Positions 46,565 to 55,399 of a DNA stretch of 64,000 bases are shown here, in pieces. A program made the translations under genes and the position numbers. Position 1 is the first letter of the stretch; each line of letters begins with the position of its first letter. This stretch comes from Candidatus Schekmanbacteria bacterium. GTDB taxonomy: Bacteria > SZUA-182. The DNA lies in contig JACRJN010000131.1 of the NCBI GenBank assembly GCA_016235675.1, positions 1,779 to 65,778 of the forward strand, read 5' to 3'. The notes beneath the pieces were generated by a model. That model was not told the DNA's origin, did not search any database, and saw only the letters and a program-made list of their open reading frames with translations.

Positions 46565-48328
46565 TTGAAAAATTTCCTGCGCCTGAAAAAATACTTCTAC
46601 CAATACCGCAAGTCGATCTTGGCCGGGGTTATGTGTTTAGTCCTGACTAATCTGGTGAGTTTAACCGCTCCCTGGGTCTTGAAAACCGCCATCGATCAGT
46701 TGCGCCAGTCCCTTACCCATAAGCGTCTGTTCTATTATGCCGCCCTGATTTTGGGAATCAGCATCGTACAGGGAATTTTCCGCTATCTTACCCGCCAGAT
46801 ATTAATCGGCGCCTCCCGCCACATTGAATACCATTTCCGCAACGATATTACACTCCATTTGCAGAAATTGCCCTGGAGCTTTTTTATCAAACACAAGACC
46901 GGCGACATTCTCGCCCGCACCACTGAAGATTTGAATGCGGTACGCATGGCGATTGGCCCCGGCATCATGCACTTTTCCCATACTATTGTGTTGTTCTTCG
47001 TGGTGGCCGGATTGTTGTTCTACATCAATCCGGTCCTGGCTTTCTGGGCCTTGCTGCCGCTACCGGTTTTTTCCCTCTACATCAAAAAGAATACCAAGCG
47101 GGTTTATCAGTCCTTCATGTCGGTGCAGCAAAAACTGTCCGCCCTGACCTCCCATGTGCAGGAAAATTTCTCCGGCATCCGCATCATCCAGGCTTATCAG
47201 CGGGAAGAAGCATCCATCGAAACCTTTCAAAAGCTGGGGAGGGAATACATCCAGGGCAATATGGAACTGGCGCGTTACTGGGGGCTGCTGCTGCCGCTGA
47301 TGATGTTAATTTACGGTCTGGGGCAGATAATCGTACTTATGCTGGGAGGCCGTCAGATTATCCTGGGCCAATTGAGCTTAGGCGAGTTCGTCGCTTTCAA
47401 CGCCTATCTGGCCATGCTGCTTTTCCCGATGATGGCTTTAGGCTGGGTAATGAATCTCTTCCAGCGGGGAGCGGCGGCCATGGAGCGCATCTCGTTGATT
47501 CTGGATGAACCGGAACAAGAAAACCGGGGGCAATTATCGGAAACCCCCGCAAAAGGAGAAATAGAATTCCGCCACTTACATTTTTCCTACGAAACGCAAA
47601 ACAAAAAATGGGCATTGAAAAACATCAATCTGAAAATCCCCGCAGGAACGACATTAGGCATTGTCGGAGCGGTGGGAGCGGGCAAGACCACTTTAGTTAA
47701 TTTACTCCCCCGCTTACTGGAAATCAGTCAGGGGCAGATTTTAATCGACAACCAGGAGATTAGAAACATTCCCTTAAAGGCATTGCGCAGCCTGATTGGA
47801 TATGTCCCTCAGGAAGGCTTCCTCTTTTCCGCCTCCATCAAGGAAAACATCCTCTACGGCTTCGAATGCTTAATTGACAAATGCAACGAGGAAGAAAAAA
47901 TTATTGAGGCTGCGCAAATCTCCCAGATATGGGAGGAAATCCACACCTTACCGGAGCGTTTCGAAACAAAACTGGGGGAACGCGGAATCACCCTGTCCGG
48001 CGGCCAGCGTCAGCGCACGGCTTTGGCCCGCGCCCTGATTCGCGACCCTAAGATATTGATACTGGATGACTCCTTTGCCAGTGTCGATACCTATACGGAA
48101 AGGAAAATCCTGCAACACCTCAAACCATTTATGGCAGGCCGCACCTGTCTGATTATTTCGCACCGCATATCAACGGTGATGGACGCCGACCGGATAATTG
48201 TCCTGGATGAGGGGGAAATCGTTCAGCAGGGGCGGCATGAGGATTTAATCCGGAACCCGGATGGTTTTTACGCCAAAACCTATGCCAAACAATTATTATT
48301 GGATGAGATTACCAGGGGAAACAAATGA
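46565..48328 (+). CDS. ABC transporter permease/ATP-binding protein (exporter half-transporter)
   Basis: A 6-TM domain is followed by a nucleotide-binding domain with Walker A 'GAVGAGKTT', signature 'LSGGQRQR' and Walker B 'ILILDD'. Confidence 0.85.
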   Translation: MKNFLRLKKYFYQYRKSILAGVMCLVLTNLVSLTAPWVLKTAIDQLRQSLTHKRLFYYAALILGISIVQGIFRYLTRQILIGASRHIEYHFRNDITLHLQKLPWSFFIKHKTGDILARTTEDLNAVRMAIGPGIMHFSHTIVLFFVVAGLLFYINPVLAFWALLPLPVFSLYIKKNTKRVYQSFMSVQQKLSALTSHVQENFSGIRIIQAYQREEASIETFQKLGREYIQGNMELARYWGLLLPLMMLIYGLGQIIVLMLGGRQIILGQLSLGEFVAFNAYLAMLLFPMMALGWVMNLFQRGAAAMERISLILDEPEQENRGQLSETPAKGEIEFRHLHFSYETQNKKWALKNINLKIPAGTTLGIVGAVGAGKTTLVNLLPRLLEISQGQILIDNQEIRNIPLKALRSLIGYVPQEGFLFSASIKENILYGFECLIDKCNEEEKIIEAAQISQIWEEIHTLPERFETKLGERGITLSGGQRQRTALARALIRDPKILILDDSFASVDTYTERKILQHLKPFMAGRTCLIISHRISTVMDADRIIVLDEGEIVQQGRHEDLIRNPDGFYAKTYAKQLLLDEITRGNK

Positions 48329-50094
48329 GCACTGATTATTACCAGGGGGCGGACGGTGATAAGGCTTACGACAGCTATCTGATGAAGCGGCTGTTGACCT
48401 ATTTGCGCTCCTATAAATTACTGGTGGCCTCCGCTTTGGGCTTGCTGTTGCTGGTTTCCGTCCTGGGACTTTCCGGGCCGTATCTTATCAAGATCGCTAT
48501 CGACCGGCATATCCACAATAAAGATATGGCGGGGCTGACCGTTATCGCCGCGGTCTATTTTCTGGTAATGTTTCTGGAATTTATCCTGCGTTACTGGCAA
48601 ATCTATCTGATGCAGCTTACCGGCCAGAAGGTCATGTTTGATTTGCGCCGGCAACTTTTCTCCCATCTTGCGCGGATGCAGGTCGGATTCTTCACCGAGC
48701 AGACCATCGGAGGCTTAATCAGCCGCCTGATCAGCGACATCGAGGTTTTAAACGAAATGTTTTCCGCAGGCTTAGTCGCGGTATTCGGGGATATTGCCAT
48801 GCTGCTGGGGATCATGTTTATGCTGCTGTATATGAACTGGAGGCTGGCCTTGGTGGTCTTTACCGTGATTCCTTTGATATTTTACGTCACTTACCTGTTT
48901 CGCCAAAAGGTACGGGTGTCCTTTCGCGCCATCCGTCAGCATACCGCCCGCATCAGCGCCTTTATGCAGGAAAACCTCACCGGCATGTCGATTATTCAGG
49001 TTTTCAACCGCCAGGAAAAGAATTTTAAGCAATTCGACCGCCTGAATAACGACTACCTGGAGGCTTACAAGCAAACCATCTTCTATTACGCCATGTTCTT
49101 TCCGGTGGTCGAATTCCTGGGCGCGCTTTCCATCGCCCTGATGCTTTGGTACGGCGGGATGCAGGTAATCCAAAAGCTGATCACCTTCGGGGTGCTGGTG
49201 GCTTTCATCGAATATAATCAGCGCTTCTTCCGCCCGATCGATGACTTGATGGAAAAGTACAATATCTTTCAATCCGCCATGGCCGCAGCGGAACGCATTT
49301 TCAAACTTCTGGATACCCCGGCAACCATCCGCGACGCGCCTAATTCCACCCCCTGGCCGGGATTACGACAGGAGATAAGCTTTCAAAATCTCTCCTTTGC
49401 CTATAACGGGGAGGATTTTATTTTGAAGGACATTAATCTGCGGATAAAAAAGGGAGAAAAATTAGCGGTTGTCGGTCTCACCGGTTCGGGAAAAACCACT
49501 TTGGTCGGGCTTTTGCACCGTTTTTATGAGGCACAATCCGGCCGGGTGCTTTTGGATGGAATCGACATCCGGAATATCTCTCTCCATGATTTACGCCAAC
49601 ACACCGCCGTCATTTTGCAGGAGCCTTTTATTTTTTCCGGCAGCGTTTGTGATAATATCCGCTTAGGGCGCACCGATATACCGATGGACAAAATAATCTG
49701 GGCGGCGCATCAGGCCAACGCCCATGACTTTATTCAGCAGTTTGCCGACGGGTACCGGCATGAGTTGAAAGAACGGGGAGCCGATTTATCCGCCGGACAA
49801 AAACAATTGCTCACCTTTGCCCGCGCCTTAGTCTTCGATCCGCAGATATTGATCCTCGACGAAGCCACCTCCAATATCGACTCTCAGACCGAGGGCTTGA
49901 TCCAGGATGCCCTGGATAAGATTTTGCAGGATCGCACCTGCATCGTAATCGCCCACCGCCTGGCCACCATCCAGAAAATGGAACGCATTATCGTAATGGA
50001 CAAGGGACAAATCAAGGAAGAAGGCAATCATCAGCAGTTATTGCAGCAGAACGGGCTATACGCCAAATTGTACCGCTTGCAGTTTACGGTTTGA
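48325..50094 (+). CDS. ABC transporter permease/ATP-binding protein (exporter half-transporter, heterodimer partner)
   Basis: Start overlaps the upstream stop (ATGA). Has Walker A 'GLTGSGKTT', signature 'LSAGQKQL' and Walker B 'ILILDEAT'. Confidence 0.85.
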   Translation: MSTDYYQGADGDKAYDSYLMKRLLTYLRSYKLLVASALGLLLLVSVLGLSGPYLIKIAIDRHIHNKDMAGLTVIAAVYFLVMFLEFILRYWQIYLMQLTGQKVMFDLRRQLFSHLARMQVGFFTEQTIGGLISRLISDIEVLNEMFSAGLVAVFGDIAMLLGIMFMLLYMNWRLALVVFTVIPLIFYVTYLFRQKVRVSFRAIRQHTARISAFMQENLTGMSIIQVFNRQEKNFKQFDRLNNDYLEAYKQTIFYYAMFFPVVEFLGALSIALMLWYGGMQVIQKLITFGVLVAFIEYNQRFFRPIDDLMEKYNIFQSAMAAAERIFKLLDTPATIRDAPNSTPWPGLRQEISFQNLSFAYNGEDFILKDINLRIKKGEKLAVVGLTGSGKTTLVGLLHRFYEAQSGRVLLDGIDIRNISLHDLRQHTAVILQEPFIFSGSVCDNIRLGRTDIPMDKIIWAAHQANAHDFIQQFADGYRHELKERGADLSAGQKQLLTFARALVFDPQILILDEATSNIDSQTEGLIQDALDKILQDRTCIVIAHRLATIQKMERIIVMDKGQIKEEGNHQQLLQQNGLYAKLYRLQFTV

Positions 50095-50310
50095 TTTTGT
50101 CATTGCGAGCGACCGGAGGGAGCGAAGCAATCTCGGCGTCCGTTGCCATAACGAGATTGCTTCGCTCCGCTCGCAATGACTATCGGTTAGATATTTCGGC
50201 GTGTCCCCACGCCGAAATTATCAAGGGGTAACGTTCCCCCTTTACGGTTTCGGTGTGAGGACACACCGAAATATCAAATCACAGGCTGAAAGCCTGTGCT
50301 ACCGGAAAGA
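50093..50310. repeat. Cluster of 5 tandem hairpins (family D, ATTTCGGCGTGTCCCCACGCCGAAAT, TTTCGGTGTGAGGACACACCGAAA, family C)
   Basis: All five palindromes are directly visible downstream of the ABC exporter operon. Confidence 0.8.
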
Positions 50311-50433
50311 AATTTCGGCATAACAATCTATTTCGGGAATAATTCCCTTGGTAATTTTATCTTTATATTTAAAACAACATGTTGTTGACACCTCGGTCAC
50401 TTATGGTTAGTATAGTAATAGGAGGCTAATATT

Positions 50434-51297
50434 GTGAGTCCGGCAGGGAAAACGAATAACATCCAATTGCGCAGCCTATTGCTGATTCTGATATTCTTTA
50501 CCTTTGTCAGCCTGTTGATTCATGACAGTAAGGATATTGGGATGTTCTGGCATTTGTATATAATTCCTCTATATATCGCGGCGGTCTCTTACGGTTTGGC
50601 GGGAGGATTAATAGTAGGAATCTTAAGCACATGCAGCGTTGTGGGCTGGCTCTATGCCTTACAAATGTTCACGCCCCAGCAAGCGGAAAAGTTATGGGAA
50701 ATCGGTATCGGCATGGCTTTGTTTATCGGGACGGGTATAACCTTGGGACATTCATCCGGTAAGCAAAAGGCGCAAAAGGACATGCTGGAGGGGCTTTCCA
50801 TCCGTGACCGCTTGACCGGTTTATTCAATTACGGTTATTTTCTGGATCATCTGGAAAAAGAGCGCAAGCGTGCTCAGCGTTATCAGAATCCCCTATCCGT
50901 TATTATGATCGATGTGGATTTTTTCAAGCGCTTCAACGATACCTTCGGCCATGAAAAGGGCAATGAGGTTTTAAAGCGGGTGGCTAAGGTATTGGTGGAA
51001 AACACCCGCAATGTGGATACGGTAGCGCGCTACGGAGGAGAAGAATTTGTCGTCACCCTGCCTAATGCCACTGCGGAACAAGCTCAAACCGTGGCGGAAA
51101 GAATCCGCGAAGCCGTAGCCTGCGAAACCTTCGAAGGAAATGATCAGCAACCTATCGTCAACGTCACCATCAGCGGCGGTATCGCCGGCTATCCCACTCA
51201 GGCCGAACAGATCGATAAACTGATCTATAAGGCCGATCAAGCCCTCTATTCGTCCAAAGAGAATGGCCGCAACCAAATCCGTATTTTTTCGGAATAA
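50434..51297 (+). CDS. Membrane-anchored diguanylate cyclase (GGDEF domain)
   Basis: The 'RYGGEEF' active site follows 3-4 N-terminal TM helices. It uses a GTG start with a TAGGAGG RBS. Confidence 0.8.
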   Translation: MSPAGKTNNIQLRSLLLILIFFTFVSLLIHDSKDIGMFWHLYIIPLYIAAVSYGLAGGLIVGILSTCSVVGWLYALQMFTPQQAEKLWEIGIGMALFIGTGITLGHSSGKQKAQKDMLEGLSIRDRLTGLFNYGYFLDHLEKERKRAQRYQNPLSVIMIDVDFFKRFNDTFGHEKGNEVLKRVAKVLVENTRNVDTVARYGGEEFVVTLPNATAEQAQTVAERIREAVACETFEGNDQQPIVNVTISGGIAGYPTQAEQIDKLIYKADQALYSSKENGRNQIRIFSE

Positions 51298-51375
51298 ACC
51301 AACCAACATATTCCAATTGACAATGCCGACGGTAAAGATTATATTTTATAATATTTGGCTAATGTTGTTTTTTTA

Positions 51376-51692
51376 CCACGAAGGCCACAAAGCACACGAA
51401 GAAAAAATTTCGAGAGTGTTCACCTAAAGATAGATATTTATATATTTAAAAACGTAGTCCCGTGGCTTTAGCCGCGTATTTTCAGCCCCTTAGGGCTGCA
51501 AAAAAAGGTGTGTTCGTATGGAACGCGCCGAAAGTATTGAGAGTCATAATTGCAGGGCTAACGCCCTGAAGTTCAGCCCTGAAGGGCTGGGACTACGATA
51601 TTACTGGGACTACGATATTATATTGATGTTTTGGCCAATCCCCAGGCCGAAAAATTTCTTCGTGCTCTTCGTGTGCTTCGTGGTTGGTAATT
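51376..51692. repeat. Family E composite (CACGAAG heptamer arrays flanking family B GTAG hairpins)
   Basis: 'ccacgaaggccacaaagcacacgaagaaaaa' at 51376 is mirrored by 'ttcttcgtgctcttcgtgtgcttcgtgg' at 51658. Inner hairpins are 'gtagtcccgtggctttagccgcg' and 'cagccctgaagggctgggactacg'. Confidence 0.8.
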
Positions 51693-51707
51693 TCATCTGG
51701 GAGCGAC

Positions 51708-52928
51708 ATGCCTGTTTTCGTTTACAAAGCCTGTGACAGTACCGGGAAAATTATTACCGGCACCATGGAAGTAAAGGATCGGACGGCGGTGACAGCCGGT
51801 CTGCAAGCCTCTAATTACTACCCGTTGCAGATCGATGAACAGCAAAAAGATCAGGGCATATCCGCAACCGCCGGTTTAACTTTAAGCTTTCAGCGGGTAA
51901 AGAAAAGAGATATATTAACCTTTACCAACCAATTGGGAATCCTCATGGAAGCCGGATTGCCGCTGGATCGCAGCTTAGCCATCCTCAAAGACCTGACGGA
52001 TAATAAAAAATTCGCCAGGATTATCGATAACATCCTGCGCAGCATCGAAGGCGGCAGTTCGCTGGCCGACGCCTTGGCGCGTCATCCCCGCGTTTTTTCC
52101 CGCCTCTATGTCAACATGATTAAGGCGGGCGAAACCGGCGGCGTGCTGGAATTGGTCATCAAGCGCCTGAGCGAATTTCTCGGCAACTCCCAGGCATTGC
52201 AGGATGATATTATATCGGCTATGATCTACCCGACTCTTTTGACCCTGGTGGCGGCAAGCGCGGTGGCCACTTTGTTGCTCTTCGTCGTCCCCAAATTTGC
52301 CGCCATGTTCAGCGATATGGGGCAGGCTTTGCCCCTGTCCACCCAAATTTTACTGGGCGTTACCGATATTTTGATTAATTATTGGTGGGCGATTTTAGGC
52401 AGCCTGGTGTTGCTGATTATCGCTTCCCGTTATTTTATCGGAACCGAGTCCGGTAAATATACCTGGGACGGCTGGAAGCTCAAGATTCCTTTATTGGGCG
52501 CACTGATTCAGCAAATCGAAGCCGCCCGTTTTACCCGCACCTTAGGCACATTGATTAAAAGCGGAGTCCCGATCCTGCAAGGGCTGAATATAGTAAAGGA
52601 CATCATCAGCAACAGCGTCATCTCCGCCGCGATGTATAAAGTCAGCAACGGCTTGAAGGAAGGCGGCGGAATAACCACCCCTTTGATGGAAAGCCACGTC
52701 TTCCCCCCCCTGGTAACGCACATGACCGCCATCGGAGAAGAAACCGGGCAATTAGACACTATGCTGATCAAAGTGGCCGATAGTTACGACGAAGAAATAC
52801 GCAACAGTATCAAAAGATTAATATCCTTTATCGAACCGGCGATGATTTTATTGATGGGCATCGTGGTCGGATTTATCGTGGTAGCCATGTTGATGGCGAT
52901 TTTCAGCGTCAATCAGATGCCGTTTTAA
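51708..52928 (+). CDS. Type II secretion / type IV pilus platform protein (GspF/PilC family)
   Basis: Two T2SSF repeats with 3 TM segments. An ATG at 51708 is preferred. Confidence 0.8.
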   Translation: MPVFVYKACDSTGKIITGTMEVKDRTAVTAGLQASNYYPLQIDEQQKDQGISATAGLTLSFQRVKKRDILTFTNQLGILMEAGLPLDRSLAILKDLTDNKKFARIIDNILRSIEGGSSLADALARHPRVFSRLYVNMIKAGETGGVLELVIKRLSEFLGNSQALQDDIISAMIYPTLLTLVAASAVATLLLFVVPKFAAMFSDMGQALPLSTQILLGVTDILINYWWAILGSLVLLIIASRYFIGTESGKYTWDGWKLKIPLLGALIQQIEAARFTRTLGTLIKSGVPILQGLNIVKDIISNSVISAAMYKVSNGLKEGGGITTPLMESHVFPPLVTHMTAIGEETGQLDTMLIKVADSYDEEIRNSIKRLISFIEPAMILLMGIVVGFIVVAMLMAIFSVNQMPF

Positions 52929-52995
52929 AAAATCGTTGACGGTTGACGATTGTCGGTTATTATTTTTTTAACTGACAACTGACAACCGTCAACAG
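52929..52995. repeat. TGACGGTTGACGATTGTCGG / CTGACAACTGACAACCGTCAAC heptamer-array hairpin
   Basis: Same 7-bp-periodic word family as the element at 42541..42610. Confidence 0.75.
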
Positions 52996-53005
52996 AAATA
53001 TTACC

Positions 53006-53530
53006 ATGAACCTCTTATTACATATTTGCTGCGCTCCCTGCACGGTCTATCCGCATCAGCAATTAACCCAGGCCGGGGTTCAGATTAAGGGATTCTTCTT
53101 CAATCCCAATATTCATCCCCTTCAGGAATTTAAAAAACGGCTGCTGGCGGTGCAGCAGTTGCAAACAATCACCGGGCTACCGGTAATCTATCGGGATGAA
53201 TATGGTTTGGAAGAATTTGTGCGCCAGGTGGTTTTTCGGGAGCAACAGCGCTGTAGCTTTTGCTACTTTTGGCGCCTGGAGATGGTGGCTAAAACCGCCA
53301 AGGAACAAAATTGCGCGGCATTTTCCAGCACCCTGCTTTACAGCAAGTATCAAAAGCATGAATTGATCAAAGAAATCGCTGAAGATATAGCTCAAAAGGA
53401 AAAGATTCCCTTCTATTATGAAGATTTCCGCCGCGGCTTTTCGGAAGGCATAAATCTATCCAGGCAAATGCAGCTTTACCGCCAGCCCTATTGCGGCTGC
53501 ATTTACAGCGAGGCGGAAAGGTATAAATAG
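53006..53530 (+). CDS. queH: Epoxyqueuosine reductase QueH
   Basis: 'LLLHICCAPC' and the C-terminal 'CGCIYS' cysteine motifs mark the DUF208/QueH family. Confidence 0.8.
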   Translation: MNLLLHICCAPCTVYPHQQLTQAGVQIKGFFFNPNIHPLQEFKKRLLAVQQLQTITGLPVIYRDEYGLEEFVRQVVFREQQRCSFCYFWRLEMVAKTAKEQNCAAFSSTLLYSKYQKHELIKEIAEDIAQKEKIPFYYEDFRRGFSEGINLSRQMQLYRQPYCGCIYSEAERYK

Positions 53531-53545
53531 GTTTCGGTATCCGAT

Positions 53546-53977
53546 ATTATCACCACGAAGAACACGAAGGGCACGAAGAATGGTATGAATAGGATAAAGG
53601 TAAAGAGTGAAGGTAAGGGACTTAGAAGATATTGACATACCCCCCACCCTAACCCTCCCCCGCAAGGGGCATAGGCGCTAACTTAGGCATTTAAAGTTCC
53701 CTCTCCCCCTGGGAGAGGGTTAGGGTGAGGGTACCATAATTTAATTTTTTAAGCTTTTGTACCATCATCCCGACCTTCTCCCAAGGGGAGAAGGAGCCTA
53801 AGTTAGCGCTTATGCCCGCAAGGGGGGAGGGAATTTATCCCCCTCCCCCCTTGATGGGGGAGGGTCGGGGTGGGGGTGATTATCGCGATCCTGAAACGGT
53901 ATGTTTGAAAATTTCAAGTCCCTAAACACCCTTTTCCCTTTTTCCCTTCGTGGCCTTCGTGCTCTTCGTGGTGAATC
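53546..53977. repeat. About 430-bp nested palindrome bounded by CACGAAG heptamer arrays (family E)
   Basis: 'caccacgaagaacacgaagggcacgaag' at 53552 is mirrored by 'cttcgtggccttcgtgctcttcgtggtg' at 53945. Inner pairs are 'cccccaccctaaccctcccc'/'ggggagggtcggggtggggg' and 'gcataggcgctaacttaggc'/'gcctaagttagcgcttatgc'. Confidence 0.8.
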
Positions 53978-53997
53978 AAAAAATTGGAATCAGCAAC

Positions 53998-55320
53998 ATG
54001 ACCACTAAAATAATCGATGCGGTCTGCGCCGCCGGGGTAGTCGGAGCGGGCGGAGCCGGATTTCCCGCTCATATCAAGCTGCAAGCCAAAGTCGATCTGA
54101 TCATCGCCAACGGCTGCGAATGCGAACCGCTGCTTTGTACCGATCAATATCTTATGGAAAATCAGGCCGATGCGGTGATAAAGGGATTATCCCTTGCCCT
54201 TCAGACCACCGGAGCGGATAAAGGTATCATCGCCCTGAAGGGAAAATACTCCGCTTCATACCAAGCGTTACAAAAAGCGGCTAAAGGTATCAAGGCAATA
54301 GAATTCAGCTTATTGCCCAATTATTATCCCATGGGGGATGAACAAATCCTGACCTGGCAGGTTTCGGGACGCCTGGTGCCCCTGGGCGGGATTCCCACCC
54401 AGGCCGGGGTTTTAGTGCAAAACGTGACCACACTGTCCCAAATAGCCGCAGCTATTGACGGGCTGCCGGTCACTCATCGAATGGTTGCCGTTTTGGGAGA
54501 AGTCGCCGAACCTAAGGTATTGAAAGTCCCTGTCGGTACCCCGGTTTCCCAGGTCATCGCATGGACGGGCGGCTTTCTGCGTGAGGACGTCGCGATCATT
54601 ACCGGCGGCCCGATGATGGGGCAATTGACGGTCGATCCCGACACCCCGATAACCAAAACCACCAATGCCTTGCTGGTATTGCCTAAAGAACACCATTTAA
54701 TCCTCAACAAAAGAAAAAACCTGCTGCATATGCAGCGCCACAGCCAATCCTACTGCCACGCCTGCTCAGGCTGTCAGATATTGTGCCCGCGCCAGGGTTT
54801 GGGACATCCCATCAGGCCGCAGCGTTCCATGCGTTCTGCCGGTTACCCCTTTACCACCCTCCCCTCCCCTTTACACAATATAACAGCATGCAGCCAATGC
54901 GGAGTTTGCGGATTTTATGCTTGCCCTATGGGATTAAATCCGGCTATAATACATAAAGACTTGCAAAAATATCCAAAAGATCATAAAATAATGATTATTC
55001 CCACATCACGCTCACAAAATCGATCGCTCCCCTTGGGAATTCCCACTGTCCGCCTCATTCAACGTCTGGGGCTGGGACGCTATAACCAACATCCGGCGCT
55101 GGATAACAACCGTTATCAGCCACAGTGGGTCAGATTGCCTTTAAAACAGCATGTAGGCGATGCTTCAATTCCGGTGGTGTCGGAAGGCGCCAAAGTTAAA
55201 GCCGGGGATTTACTGGCAAAGATTCCCGCCGGTAAATTAGGGGCCAGACTACATGCTTCGATAAATGGCAAGGTTAAGAAGATTACGGAGCGGGAAATAA
55301 TTATAACAATGGACAATTGA
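53998..55320 (+). CDS. RnfC/PduS-like NADH-binding (SLBB) iron-sulfur protein
   Basis: The 'GAGGAGFPAHIKL' motif is followed by two 4Fe-4S motifs ('CHACSGCQILCP', 'CSQCGVCGFYACP'). No other Rnf subunits are adjacent. Confidence 0.5.
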   Translation: MTTKIIDAVCAAGVVGAGGAGFPAHIKLQAKVDLIIANGCECEPLLCTDQYLMENQADAVIKGLSLALQTTGADKGIIALKGKYSASYQALQKAAKGIKAIEFSLLPNYYPMGDEQILTWQVSGRLVPLGGIPTQAGVLVQNVTTLSQIAAAIDGLPVTHRMVAVLGEVAEPKVLKVPVGTPVSQVIAWTGGFLREDVAIITGGPMMGQLTVDPDTPITKTTNALLVLPKEHHLILNKRKNLLHMQRHSQSYCHACSGCQILCPRQGLGHPIRPQRSMRSAGYPFTTLPSPLHNITACSQCGVCGFYACPMGLNPAIIHKDLQKYPKDHKIMIIPTSRSQNRSLPLGIPTVRLIQRLGLGRYNQHPALDNNRYQPQWVRLPLKQHVGDASIPVVSEGAKVKAGDLLAKIPAGKLGARLHASINGKVKKITEREIIITMDN

Positions 55321-55385
55321 CAATGGACAATTGACAGTTTTTCGTTATCCATTATCCACTATCCACTATCCACTATCCATTGAAT
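55308..55385. repeat. GACAATTGACAATGGACAATTGACAG + CCATTATCCACTATCCACTATCC 7-bp-periodic repeat
   Basis: Tandem heptamers are directly visible. Related words occur at 41083..41100 and 61505..61545. Confidence 0.7.
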
Positions 55386-55399
55386 TAACAACAATATTT

